A stretch of DNA of 64,000 nucleotides from assembly GCF_018977255.1 (NCBI RefSeq), contig NW_024704742.1:118606001-118670000 (forward strand), in the 5' to 3' direction. The translations under genes and the position numbers were made by a program. The DNA comes from Callorhinchus milii (Eukaryota). The notes under the pieces were generated by a model. The model ran no database searches. It was not told the origin of the DNA and saw only the letters and a program-made list of their open reading frames with translations. Positions 41,701-56,700 of the stretch are shown here, one piece after another. Each line of letters begins with the position of its first letter. The first letter of the stretch is position 1.

Positions 41701-44700
41701 AAAAGTTACCAATTACTATGGAATATTTAAAACAGCATCACAAATATAAATTCTACTAAAAGGGCTCATAAATTTCACAAAACAAGTAATTTACATCACT
41801 CAGAAATCTCTACAAAAATTATTTAAAATGTTGTACTTGACAATTTGTACTTGATTCCTTATTACATCAATTTCTCAAATTGTTTCACAAAAGGATTTTG
41901 AAGTGTAATGACTATTTGTGGACACATGCAGCAGCCAATTTTGCACACAGCAATATCCTACAAGTAGCCATGAAGTGAATAGTTTTTTTAAAAAAAATGT
42001 CAATGGCCAGGACACCGGCAGAAATTTCTCTATTTGAGTCGGGCCATGAGATCTTTAACATTTATCTGAACAATAGCTCATCTTTGAGCACCTCTGACAA
42101 TGCAGCACTTCCCCAGCACTATTTGAATGCCAGCCTTAGAATCCACAACCTTCTAAAGTGGGAGGAAAATATTCTACCAACTGAGCCAGACCAATAAATT
42201 GTCTAAAACAAAAAAATTGTGGTTCTCAATTATATTTTTCTGCTTTACTTGAAAATAGTTTCTAACATGTTAAACGCTTTCCTAATGTGTACATTAAAAA
42301 GCTCTTCACATTAGGATACAGTTTAATTCCAAGTGTTTTATGCATTGTACCTTCATGCAGGTCAACCCACCTTGGACCCGTCGAGGCTGATTATCCTGTA
42401 CACATTGCGTGTACTGTCATAGAAGTAGGACACAGTCACAGCGTGCTTGCTAGTTGGGACCCAGTTCTTCTTGGTGTTAGGGTCGATCTGGAAGACGTGG
42501 GCTCGCGTGCTAAAGATGGGTTGTTCTCTGAAGGACAGAAAGTAAAAAAAATTATGAACTCGGTTGGGCTGCAGAATTGTTGTACACAAAAACAGGCTGG
42601 AGATGGAGACAGGACTTAATGCCATTCACTTCAGTTTTCATAGGGAACAAATGAGGTTCTGTTAGCAAATGCCTTCACAGCTGGAAAGTGCTAGCTGTGT
42701 AATCAGAAGAGCAAACAGCTAAATATAGAAACTAAGTATAGCAATTTGTTTCCCTTCCCCTTGCATCTATGCACTCTGCAAATATTGCCAATCATCTGTA
42801 CTTGGTAAACCTTTGCCTTCAACATCAAGAAATTGCTCTCACACAAAGTACAGCAATTCACTGAGGGTCAAGTGGGACAAAAGTAAGCAAGCAGTTGAGG
42901 GGAGAGTTAGATGTCTTGGCCCAATTTGCATTTCATTTAACAGAAATCTCTACAAGACATTTTCTCTGGGGAAAAGGAGGTAAGTGAGGTCTCCTGTGTA
43001 TAAACATATAAATTAAACTGGCTGCAGGGGTCTATGCTTGGCAACAGAATTTTAGAATCAAGTCGACCCTCTGTGGAAGTCTCAGTAATCCATTTCCTGA
43101 GCCAGGTGGGTTTGCAGTACTCCAAGGCATTGCTGGTGGCAGCCCAACTATTCTGGCTTGTCAGCAGGACTTGGGAGGGGCAAATCAGTCACTGGGGAAC
43201 TGCGAACATCAAAGATCAGTGTTCCAGTGACTACAACTAGATCAATTTGAAAGTTAATGCCTGATGACAGATCCAAGGGACACCGGTTGGGCACCAGCTT
43301 TGATAACATTGGCAAGTTTCAATCAAGTGTAAATACAGCAAAAGTGCATGTCTTGTGTATATAGGAGCAACAAGGGAGTGAGGGCATGCAGGTGGCTCAG
43401 TTCATCCTTCTCTCATTAAGGAACATGATGCACAGGTAGGATGGCTGCACATTGTTTTGGGGTCGGGCGGAGAAACAAAGAAATAAGGAGAAATGAAACA
43501 GAATACCCTTGATAACTTGTCACTTGAGGGAAAATGGTTCAGTGACGAGTTATCCAGTGTCAAGTTAGTGGTGATGACAAACTAAGACAGGCTCAAGTTA
43601 TCAGGTGTTTACTGCATAATTAGCATACACACACACACACTAAGCAATTCATAAAAGGCACATTTTCAGGGTTTCCACTGGCTGTGGCAAGTATCTGGCC
43701 CTTCTGTGCTACTGATCAATAATTTACAATCTGGTATTCTAGTAGAGGCAAGCCTTTCACAGAAGTTTGCAAACTGTACATTATAGCGCTTAGATTTTGG
43801 AGGATGTTTCTAACAATTTCCTGACTCTTGCATTTTCTAAATTCCATCAATCTAGGGCAAAATCTAATAAAACATATGAACCATTTTACCATATTTTTGT
43901 CAGCCAGGTGTTTCACATGTGGAAACCCATCACCATGCTTATCCAAACAAAACTGAAAATTCCATGCATCCTAAGCCACCCGCCCCATACACACAAGATG
44001 CAAATAACTAACCCTCCAAAACTGCTAAATTAGGATTTTAATTCCAGAATTGATCTTGCTAGAGACAGACTAATAACCCTCCTTACATTTGATTTAATAA
44101 CCTTTAACGTCAGGACTGTAACGTGTAGTCCTTCGGATGGGACGTTAACCTGTTCAGGCGGACATTAAAGATCCTATGCCACTATTCAAAAAGAGAAGGG
44201 AGTTTCTCCCAGTGTTCTGGCCAACAAATTCCCCAAATAAAAAAAAACCTGGTCACTCACTCCACGGCTATTTATGGGACATTGCTGCACGTAAACTGCC
44301 TGGCACTTCACCCATGAACAAATGAAACCCACTTTACTGTATACCCTGTAAAGTGCTTTAAATTTTTTCAGTTGAATGTCAACAAGATTGAAGCCCTCCT
44401 GATTGGCTCCCGTCAGCGCCTCCACACCTCAGGCGCTGACAGCATCACTATCCATGGATGCACACTCCACCTTACAAAGCTAGTCCAGAACCTTGGCATC
44501 TTGTTTGAGCCTAAACTATCCTTTCTACCCCATATCCATGCCATGACACACTCTGCCTTTCCCCACCTCCGCAACATCACCGGCTCTGCCACTGACTCAC
44601 ACCGCAGGCTGCCGAGAACCTCATACACGCACTCATTCATTACATCAAGGCTTGACTATGCAAACTCCTTGCTTGTCGGCCTCCCCAACTCCTCCCTCCA

Positions 44701-47700
44701 TAGGCTGCAGATCATCCAGAACTCTGCAGCCCGTGTTCTATGAACCAGGCTCTATGACCCTATCACTCCCATTCTTGCCCAACTCCACTGGCTTCCCATC
44801 ACACAGAGGATACTGTTCAAGATCCTCAATAATAGTGCGAAGCGTAAAGAGTCAGGCTCACTTTGCATTCTATTAATTCAACAATACAGTGACAGCTGTG
44901 TCAATGTGTCCAACATTACCAGCACAAAACAAAGCTTTCTTTTATAGAACTAAATCTAGAAATCCTAATCTTAAACTTTTGAAAGGTCATTTAACACAAG
45001 TACAACAAATGGAGGGGACGCGGAAACGAGTCAGCTTTTTTTTTTGAACTGCCATCTCAATGCTAACTACATATATATATAGAAAAATCACAGCTTGCTA
45101 TGTTGAGGAATAAAATATAAAAGGCACTAAACTAAGGGTCATCGGAATGCTTTTGACAGGTGCCAAATTGGGTGCGGGGGGGGGGGGGGTTGTCACGTAA
45201 GTGGCTGAGGGTTAATCTTGGCTCTGCAATCTGTCATTCTCCACAGTGGTAAACTGACGCATTAAAAGCAGCAACTGTTCACTCAGTAATGCTTGAAATT
45301 ACACCCGTTGTTACCAACAGATACTGTATCTGAAATTCTCACAAGCTATGCAAATTATCCCTTGAAATACAATTGATCAAATCAAATTCACAAAATTAGG
45401 CTGATATCTTGGGAAAACAGTGTAAGCAATAGTTCTTGGGGGGGTGGGGATGCAAATATAGATCCCTTGATGCTTTTCTCTCACCATGGTTTACTGCAGT
45501 TTTCTCAGTGTATGATTCAGAATTCAGATCTCATACCCCAGTGGAATATCATGTACTTTTAATTAGTTTTATTGGACTTCAAGCACTTTTTCTTAATTAG
45601 TTGTATCTAATTATTTTTCTGATTTTTCTCCCCACCAACATATGCCCCTCTGATCCTAGTCTCTTCTAGTTGGGCTTATTTTACTAAGCTCTGTTGTGAC
45701 AGAGGCAAGAACCCATTGTCAAATCTCCAGCTTCAATTACCTGTGATTTCCTCTTCTCTTGTGAGAAGCAGTTCAGCTTCTTCCTTCTGAACTCCGATCA
45801 CAAACTGAGCAGAAGAAGCATGAACCCCAACAAGGAGAACCGACCAGGAGCAGAGAGGCATATATTAGTGGGGAGAATATTTGAAGAGTTGGACACAACT
45901 AATTAAAAAAACATGGATACTGGCTGCCCCCTGGTACCCTACTCAAGTGGCCCCTGTTCATGAGCGAGCCTTGGCAGTGAGAGGCCACTCGACTGTAGAA
46001 AGTCATCACTGAGCTTAATCTCTTCTCACCTGGCTGCCACACGTGTGCAGCTACTTACATGATGCGCAAGAGTGACTTGAGCAGGAACCCAGCTGAATTT
46101 TCCCCTCCCGAACTCCTGGAGGGCCAATTAGTGTCACACAGCTCTAAAACATGATATTTTGTATGCCTATATGCAAAAATTACAACATGATCAGATTGTG
46201 TCCCATTAAATACAGTACTTTACATCCAGATAGGATGATATTTTATACAAATACAATATGTGAACCATGCACAATTCAATATTCTGACACTGACTGTATG
46301 CATGCATTAACTATACTTGAAAGACTTTTTTTGCATGTATTTCTACAAACTTTTCCATTATCAGTTTGTACTATTAAATGTAAGTTGTTGTTTCATTAGG
46401 GTGCAGATTATGGACATTTTCAGATGTTCCACTTGCGACATCAAAACATTTCTATACTTTCAATTCATTCGTACAATACAGACGTTTCAGAGATATCAAT
46501 ATAAGCCGTTGAGTATTGTACTGATCAGTATATAATGCAATACAACATGTTGCATTGGTTTGATCTGTTGCAAGAATGCCGCACAAAGCTGGACCTTGAT
46601 GTTCATTTACATTTCTTGAGCAAACCAGGCACAAAAAAACTTGCAAAACATTGATAGTTCAACAGTCCCATGAAATCTGTAGAAAAATTCCAAATGTAAA
46701 TTGGAACCTGCACAGATTAAGCTGTTTTTTTGAAACAGGAAATATATTTTTTTAGACTGGAGTTTCCCTGTTGTGCTATGATAGAGCTAGAGAAAAGTGC
46801 TTTTATCCCACTCAGTCATTTCCTGGGTAATTGCACTTCATAGAATCTAATTTGCCATTTAGCTTTGCTGTTCTCAGACTGTGGCGATCAGTCCATATAC
46901 CACAGACTGTTCTTCCGCCTAATGAAACATTTGTGTTAGAATTCCTAAAGGAAGAACAGTCCCCAAAAGTGGTGAAATGCATATGGAGACTACTAATTAT
47001 GATGGATCAGGTCAAAGAAAATAAACACTGAAGAGTTACAGAATATATAATACACATCACTGAATCAGTAGCTCGACATCAGATTACAACAATTTATTGC
47101 TATTTAGATGTAAATTCCCAAATATGAGAGCTGGCTAAACTTTACCTATCGAAGATAATAATAATAATAATCCTTGCATTTGATATAGCGCTTTTCACGT
47201 CAGGAGGACGTCCCAAAGCGCTACACAGAACATACTGTAAAGTGAATTGACTGTATATTTGTGGGCGAACGCGGCAGCCAATTGCGCACAGCAATGTCCC
47301 ACAAACAGTCGTAGATTGTAAATGACCAATTTATTATTGTTTTTGGTTTTGGAGGGATTATTATTAGGCATGTGGAGTAAGGAAACTTGCCCAGGAAACT
47401 TGATCAGGAAAAGCTCAAGTGAAAGGCTTCCATTATTTAATCATACACCTAGATAAATTAAGTTATAAAACACATAGCATAGCAACTCGGTATCCATTAT
47501 GAAAATAACTGAATTCAACGTTGAAGGCAGAATCATGGTGACGACCTCACAGAATAGAAATCATTTCTGATATTGAGAATCAGGACTACTAAATAATTCA
47601 ATAATAAGTTCACAATGCTTGAGCAAAATTATTACTTTCTTGGTTACCAGTATCTAGAACCAGAATTTGCCAGTTATACATGAACCACCAACCCACTGGC

Positions 47701-50700
47701 TTGCACCTCATTCGTTTTTGTAGAAAATGAAGAATTCAAATAGATGTTGGCTTCAAGGCAAATCTATTCAATTACACAGATGTGCATTGGGATTTAAACT
47801 ACATGTGCAATACTGCGTTATGAATGAGTGCCTTTAAATGGCTAGTTCCAAGTATCAATTTCACTACAGTAGTTCATCAACCTTAAAGTAAAGATTGCTG
47901 GCCCTTTTAGTTCACATGTCAACCTGCTGATAAGTTAATCCAAACCATCACACCTATGATGGGCAATGAACAAGAGCAGACTACAATGTAGAAAGAGTAT
48001 CACAAGTCGTTTTATTAGTAAAATATGAGACTAGGGTTTAAGTAGACCTTCCACTGGATAGTTTCATTCAAAAAAAAATTGAATGAAACATTTAGGTTGA
48101 AAACAATATGCAAACTAGGTAGTAAGTCTAACGAACTGAAACTTTTTTCCCTTAAATATTTCACATGGAAAGCAGACTACCAAATGGGATAAAACCTTGC
48201 TCATTTGACAGATAGGAAATGATACTGATAGAGAAGCTAGTTTTAATTGGGATTCATGTTAATTCCATTAAGTAACAAATATTGCATCGCCTCCAGAAGG
48301 CCACCTGGTGCTTACATCATGTACTGTATTAAGAAGCAATTTTTAATCTGCCTACTGATGTCATCTAAAAACTCCTACTCAAAGGCCACTAAAGCAGATG
48401 CTCTTAATACTAGCAACTAAAAAAGAGCACTTTCCCCATGCAATTCTGTTTGGACTCTGATCTGCTTTTGGAAATACGAAAAACAAGCACTAAAATAATC
48501 CTTGCATTTTTCACACTTCGCACATCCATTACATTTCTCTCATACAGGTTTCCAAGTAAGCTGAATTATCATCAAGATAACCAATTCACAATTTTGCTGG
48601 GTACAGTGCCAGAGTTAACAACTAGCAGACAATTTTGCTAACTGGTTAACATTGATTGATGCACATTTGCCTAGATCATCCAACTACAGTTCCAATATAA
48701 ATTGAACTTCAGTGGGATTGAGACAATTGCAAGCATTTCCTTAATTATTCCTATTAAGTAACAATTTCAAATTACCATGTATTGATTGAGATTGGCAATA
48801 ACACAAGTTCTGTTAAATACCTAAGATTCTTGTCATTAGTCCCTATGCATGCCAGTTTTGCACTATATAATGAAGTTCTAAAATAAGATTTTAGAATAAG
48901 ATCTGTTACACAGGTAGAAGAAGCAAGTTATTCAAAGCAGTCTTTAAGGACAATAAGTAACAAAGGGCGTTACTCCATTCATGATCTGAGTACTGCAACC
49001 TAACCATTGCTGAAAGGTTGTTCCTGTAGATTAATAATGTACATCTTAGAAGGTATTTAGTATTTTTATATGAAAGCCACATTTACACTTAAATTCAGTG
49101 TAAAACTAAACAGTGTAAAAAAAATAAAGCCACAGTTTCTGTGCAACTCCATTGCAGCAAATTAAATGAACCACAGCAGATTCTTCTCCACTCCCTCCTG
49201 TCCATAACTGATCAATCAGATTAAAAAATGGCATGCAACCTTTCAACTCTTGCACTATACTACAATAAAAACAAATTCCTTTCCTCACTTACCTTGACCA
49301 TTGATAAACATGTCTCAACTTAATACATTAGACCAGGTTTATTTGTGCATACAACTTAAATTTATGTGTAAAATGGCAGACGAATCATGCTGTTAGGATG
49401 AGATTAATTAGAAGTGAATTTTATAGTCAAGCATTATAGCCTATTTGCACTAGCAAATCCCCACAAGCAAGACAAGTAGCTACCAAAACATCATAGTAGG
49501 GGACAATTTTTTGTTGTTTGTTTAAAAACTCATGAAATTTACCATGAGATCAACTGGCTGATCTTACAATCAACAGGAAAAACTAGTTCTGACAAATGTA
49601 CCAAAAAATTAAAATAAGTTATAAATTTGTGGATAAAGCTGCAGTGAAAACAAAACTTCCACCCCAAAGAATGGGCGTTATTGTCAAACTGGATCCAAAA
49701 GTCCCAATCCATAGTTGATTAGATTGGTTGGATGGTGCCTGAAGCCACGAATGGACACTGCCATGCACCAGGAGCAGACAGTTTACATATATGTGGCTCC
49801 AATTTTTTATTTCGATATACAGTACTAAATTGCATTAAATTTTCATCTCAGGCATTGACCTGCATAGATATTCGCTCCACCTCATGGAGCCAGTGCAGAG
49901 TCTTGGCATCTTGTTCAACCTCCAATGGTCTTTGAACCCTTATTATCCAATCTCTTTGCTCAGCTTTCCACCCCCACAACATTGTCAGCCTCTGTCATTA
50001 CCTCTCCCCCTAGGCTGCTGAGACCCTCATCTGTGCCTTCATCATATCCAGGCTGATTATTTCAAACACACTAGTCTCTGGACTCCCCAGCTCTTTCCTA
50101 CAGGCCCTGCAGATTATCCAGAAACCTACAGCCCGTGTCCTCTCCCACTCCAGGCTCTTTGAGCCCATTAGTCCCATTCCTCCATCAGATCAAATTCAAA
50201 ACCCTTATGCTCACATTCAATTCCTTACAGAATCATTCTACCACACCATTGCAACACCCTACAACCTGGCAGTTCCTTCTGCTCAGCTACCAGCAGACAA
50301 TTTTATGTCTCCTGACTAATCTGCTCAATCACCAGTGGGCAAGTGGATGAGCTTTGCCCTGCTTGCTGGAACTCTATTCTGTAGTGACAGTCACACCAAA
50401 TCACCCTCAAGACCCATCGTTGACTTCACTTTGTCAACTCCCCCCCCCCCCCCCACCCACAGATCCCTCCCCAGTTCAGGTTCCAAGTCAATAGCGTGAA
50501 GCATTGATGCATCCTCCTGATGTGAAAGGCACTATATAAAAGTTTGGATTTCCCTCCATCCCACCTCCCCCCCAAAAAAAAAATTGTAAATTGACAACTG
50601 CCATCATCAATCATTAACCTTTTCCATTGCCTGCAAACTGGCCTGGAATGACTGAGCAAGAATAAGATTTTTTTTTAAAAAATTGAATTATTTTTAAATT

Positions 50701-53700
50701 TGGTCTTTGGTATCTTACTGGGTTAGAGTTTATATTATTAAACAGGGTGGCCAAAGGCAGCCGGAACCTCCATGGATCTGAAAGTAGCAGAAGGATTAAT
50801 GCACTGATGAGAAAATACTGTATTTAGTTTGGGTCACCACATTTTTGGAGGAGATAGAAGAAAGGATTAATGAAAAGATGGTTCCAGTTTTTAATACTGT
50901 TGAGCTGTGTAGGAGAAGCTAAGTTGAGCTCAATCTGTTCTCATTAGATAAAGTGGAAGGGACATTTGTCTGAAACAAAACCGTGCAGAAAGTATATTTT
51001 GATTAATCAAAACCAGAAGTCCTAAATCAAGGACGGTCTAAAAAGAGTAATGACACGCTACAACATGCTGCACAGATTGCTAGCTAGTGCAGTTAACCCC
51101 AACTGTTGAAGCATTCAAGGAAGAAATTGAGTGATTCAATAATCAAGTAGCAGTAGGGGGATAAGGACACAAGCATGTCTCACAATTGGACATAAGTGGA
51201 CCAAGTTGAATGGTATTATATAAAATGTGCTAGTATAGTTTATCAGGTTTGATTAAAATCAACAACTTGTGATAAGTAAACTGGCCAAGAATTATCAGGT
51301 CCAAGGGACTAAGGACCAAAGAATAGATATTTGATAAAGAGCTATGTAAATTACAAATATTTTATATTTATATTTTACATAGTAATTTAGAAGCAAGTAC
51401 TCCAGTGAAATCAAGCAGAACTTTAGTCAAAGTATAATTGACTTGTTAAAACAGACTATATGGGAGGACCACTGAAGCAAGATTTATAAAATTAGTTCAA
51501 GTGGCAGCTGGAATCCTTTGTGCAGAGAGAAAGAATTGAGGATTACTGTGAGAAAATGATCGGAAATGAGTTGCAAAGTGACATTTTTTGTAACACAAGA
51601 TGTAGAGGATTATAGTCAACAACTAACTGAAATGGGGTTCTGCTGCAGTACAGTTTCCATAGATTACACTGAAGCCCTTAGTGAATAGAATAAGTGATCA
51701 AGTACTGGTTGTCAATCTTCAGTTTTTACAACATACTCACATTTCAAAATTAATCTCAATAGATTATAACATGGACAGGGACTAAAACTAATGCACACTC
51801 AGTGTACATATTGCACAACTGAAATAAATCAGAGAAAGGAATGTGTATTTTAATAGGCTTTAAATTAAACCTTTGTGAATTGGGGTATAAAAATTGCTGA
51901 AGTATTAATAAAGGTCATGAACGATTGAATCCACAACACGCATGGGATCTGGATTGTGGAGCCAAGATGAAGTCAGGACACCTAAATTACCATCCGAGCT
52001 GAAAATAAAGCCTCACTCAGCCCCTTCCAAACTTTTTACCTAAATAATTTGCCACACCATTAAACTAAAAATGTCCCATTGTTTGCAATTTTCCCGGGTT
52101 GAGTATTCAGGCTTTCAGAGGGGCCAGAACTCCAAACAATAAATATTTCTATTTTACATTGCTCTTTTTCATGTCACCAAACATCTCAAAGTGTTTCTCA
52201 AAGGCCCAGAAGATTTTTATTAGGCTGAAGACAAGTTCAGTAATTTAAGCATTTTGAACTTCAAATTCTGGCTGTGGCAACGCTCTGAAGCACTCACAGT
52301 CTTCTACCACGACAATGAATGCAATCACCAAGCTACGTGGCTATGGAGCCACCAAAATCCTATTGTCACAAATTGGGAGAATTGTATCAATTTTAAGATA
52401 GCTTTACTTTTATACTGGTTTTACTTTTACATGAAAAGAACAAGTCAGGAATCCTCCAGTCAATCAAAGATTAGAAATTCCACCAGAGACAGACTGGTAG
52501 GTCATAAAGATCAAGTGTTAAGGAACACAAGGTGCAAATCCTTAAGTCACACCTTGAGAGCTTCCATAAATCAGTGTAAATTATGATATAGTACTGCAGT
52601 TCCATGGAGATTGGGGCAACAATTTATTAGGGTTTTTGTTAGATCAAATGGAAATTGAGCTCTGTATTTTCAAGTCTTATTTTGAAAGTCCAAAATTACA
52701 GAAGCTAAACTAATCAGCATGAACCAGAAAAATGCTACTGTTTTACACATTTAAGTGCTTCACTTCTGAAACCAAAGGAATATTTTTACCTTGGAAATAT
52801 AAGATTGAAAAGATGGCATAGAGACAGTAAATCTAAAATAATAGATACACTAAGGCAGGTTATAGCTTCAGGTTTGTGAAGGGCGTACGAGGACAGACAC
52901 CACACAAAATAATAATAATAATCCTTGCATTTGATATAGCGCTTTGCACGTGGGGAGGACGTCCCAAAGCACTTCACAGAACACAATATAAAGTGAACTG
53001 ACTGTATATTTGTGGGCGAACGCGGCAGCCAATTGCGCACAGCAATGTCCCACAAACAGTCGTAGATTGAAAATGACCAATTTATTATTGTTTTTGGTTT
53101 TCCATCTAGTCCTGAGGAATGGATGTTACAAATCTGGATAAATTACTGGATAATTCTACAGTACCAGTTAAAGGAGAAACAGCATCTTTCCATATTAGAA
53201 GGGGCATTGTTCAGTAACACAAACTATATGAGTGAACCTGAATCGTAACACCCAACATGTGCAAATGCGTACATTCCCTTAGGGTGTCACTGGTTAGTGT
53301 TTAGTATTAGGTATTGTGGATTCCCTATCCCATCCCGAACAGACACACTGAGGTCACTTGAACCCTACAGTACCGGCCAAGCTAATTCAGCACAAACTGA
53401 TTGAACTCGAGGCATTTCTTGCTCTGCAAATGTCATAACTACACAGGTTAATGTATTGACTACTAAACAATTAGAGAGTCCCACAGTGTTCAAGTGTGGA
53501 TACATTATAATCTCCCAAACCTATTTGGTACAAATCCACTTTCGTGATCAGCCAGGTGTCGACACATTTGGAAACCCCACCATGTTTAAGTGTATTCAAA
53601 CTAGAGAGAGTGCCACCTGCATAATATTGTTTTGCTAGGGCCACTCTGTCCATTAGTGTTTTAGCTTGCCGGAGGCGAGTGAAAAGAATCCCTGTCCTCG

Positions 53701-56700
53701 GCAACAGGTCTGTCCCTCATTAGCCAGATTGGTCGGTTTGTTATCAGCAGTGCCTTGGAGTACACTTGATCTCTCTGGCATTGGAACCAGACTACTGAAA
53801 CCACCACAAAGGATCGACTCAATTCCAATATTTTATATGCAAGCATGTTACTCTAGACCCAGCTCAACCACAAGGAGACGCATCTTGCTAGATAGACCCT
53901 GCTCAATAATTTGAATACTTGGCCACCTTTCTTTCAATGTAGATTACTTAAATTGTATTAGTGCTTCATGGACAGGAAGGAGTGATTTAGAATGAATCAT
54001 TACTTATCTCAACTAACTGAACAGCTAAATATGGATACATAATTACTGCACTATGTTCCAACTTATGTGCAAACAAATCTTTCTTCTGTGTACCTTATGT
54101 TCCAGATGAATGGCCAAGTGTGAGGTTTCCGTTATAAAAATAAGTCATCATTTCAGCACAAAGATTACATCTGAAGTGAGAGGTGCAATTGTGTCACATC
54201 AACGTCAGCATCCAGAAATAAACTTTGACTCAATATTAAAAATGTGTTATTGTTGCTCCACACATCTTACTAACACACTAATCCATATTGATCTTTTGAA
54301 TACCTAGCAGTCCTTCATCCTACCTACGTTGTCTTCATGTTACTTTCCATTTACTTTGTAAATGGAAAGTAAATGTAAATGGAAAAATGCTTTGTCATCC
54401 TAGTTCAAAACTAGATGTACTGTGATAATCTTAAATATGTATATTTTTTAAGCAGTGCATTTTAATGAATGTACCACTCTTCGGTTGTAATCCACTGTAC
54501 GTTTGAATCTGAATGTACTGCCTTTTCCTCTGTAGGGGATTCTTAAAAGCTGGTGAAGTTGAATGTTACCTAGCAACCACAACTATTAATTCACTCCCTC
54601 AGATCAAGCTCTCGTTTGGATTGTATTTTTCCTCTTCTCCCCTTAAGGAGCAGACCCACAAAGGGGCATCGCTCCATCCATGAGAGCAAGCACCTTATCC
54701 AAGTAACCACTCCCCAGACAGGATCTCAGCATTGCATTTACAGGACTTTGAAACCGCAAGGATCATCACCACAGAGAACTCAAATAAATGTGTATACGTT
54801 TCAGTTTTAACCACCGAAAATGATCAGGAATACAAACAGATTCTATTCCCTTTCCCTACTATCAGTCTTGAGACGAGGTCAACCGCAGTGCCTTTGCTGC
54901 TGCCCTGCCTGAGCTAAGCAAACCCAGCACAGACCTCGGGATCAAACCTGCTAACTTCTTAGTCTCCACGGCTCAGGAGCATATTTTATGTTTCATTTAA
55001 ATCTCTTTTTCTCCCCCTAACCCCCTCGCCAGTTCTTAGGAAATATCCTCTACAGTTTAGTATGGGAATTTTCCAACAGTAAGGACTTAGAACAGAGTAG
55101 TTTGGAAAGACAGAAGAATTTTTTTTCCCAGTATTCTGTACAATGCCATCAGTACACAATTTTGAACTAGTGTAATAACATCATTCCTTTCAACTTTTTA
55201 ATTCATAATTTACATATTTCAACAGTAATCCACCAGGCTCCACTTATCCTAGAAAACAAGCAACTCCAGCCCTCATAATAAACATGAACCTTTAGGGTAT
55301 TAACTTGAAGTTTTGAGGGAAGGCTCAACTCTGTCTCATTAATGAGCCAGAAAGGTTGTCCAATATCAGTTGATTCCCATGGAGCGGCCTGACTTAGTGG
55401 ATGTCACTAATTCACCACTAGTGACACCCAAGCTTCCAATCAGGTTAATAAAGTATTTTGGTCAATTCACCCACTTTTAAGTTGCAGGTAAATTAAAACA
55501 TTTTCTTCATCAAATTTAGTTAATCAATTCAGGGACTTGTAGCAATTCATCCAACTTATTCCACTGTCTCACATTAAGGAACTAAAAGCTCTCAGAAAGA
55601 CAGCATTGCTTTCAAGGTCAAGTCACACCACTTTGCCTTCACACTACTGCAAAAGATTTCAAGTGAAAGAGAAGACAGGACATTTACATTTTGGCTGCAA
55701 ACAACAAAGCAACTATAATTAATGCCAATTTTACCATAATTTATTTTAACTTCTTATTAATGTAAAATTATAACCCCCAGACATCAATATTGACAACATT
55801 TAAAATATTTTGAATATACAGAACACAGAGTGGATTTCAATGTCTTGATAGCAATGTTTGGCAAATTCAAGTCCAAAGGCATTGAATTCGATATCGCAAA
55901 TAATAGTGTACTAGTTCCCTGCCCCCCCCCCCCATAAACTATTGAATTATTTATCCATCTGGTCCAACTAGACTTTTGCGAAGAAATGCAGACAAAGCAG
56001 GAAAGTGATTTTGCAATTTTTTATGATTGCAGAAAAGTGTTCTATGCATGTTCCTCTGATTTAGTCATAAACAGCAGCTGTTATACTGTAGTCAGATAAT
56101 AAGAATCAACTGTGGATTCAGTGGATTCATTTGCTAGGTAGGAATGGAATATCTGCAATACATTTGTATGCACCAACTGATCAAATGCAAGACTCTGGTA
56201 TTTATAGTGTTTGCTTAAAAATTAGAGATTATAGTCTCGAAATCTTGAAAGTGAAAACTAATTTTAACACTATCATCCATCTGAACTAAAAATAGTACAT
56301 TAAAGTGAATGGAAGGTTCGAATACACACAAGCCATAGTGAGGCTTTCAAGCATAAAGTTTCAAGTGGAAAAAAAACTTCTATAAGAAGGTAGGAGTTAT
56401 TCAGTTTGTTAGCATATTATAATGCTTGCATTTTGTATTTGAATTTCTCAATACAGTAGCAAGAACTCAATTACTTATGAAACAAATTACGCAACAGAAA
56501 TGTTCACTTAAGTGAACAGGAATTAAAACTGCCACCCCTGTTTCTTTGTATTAAACTTTATTCACCCTTGCTGAAAGATAAAAGTAAATATTTTTATCCC
56601 AATTATATGCAGCTAGATCTGAAGCAAAAATTGCATAATCATACGCTTTGTTATGCTAATTGCTACACATTAAACCGGACCAGCACACAGCAATACCCAA

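Noticed and set aside
56286-56295. Intronic MEF2 consensus CTAAAAATAG (also CTAAATATAG at 42719-42728)
   Set aside because: A few such matches are expected by chance in 64 kb of AT-rich DNA, and there is no supporting motif cluster
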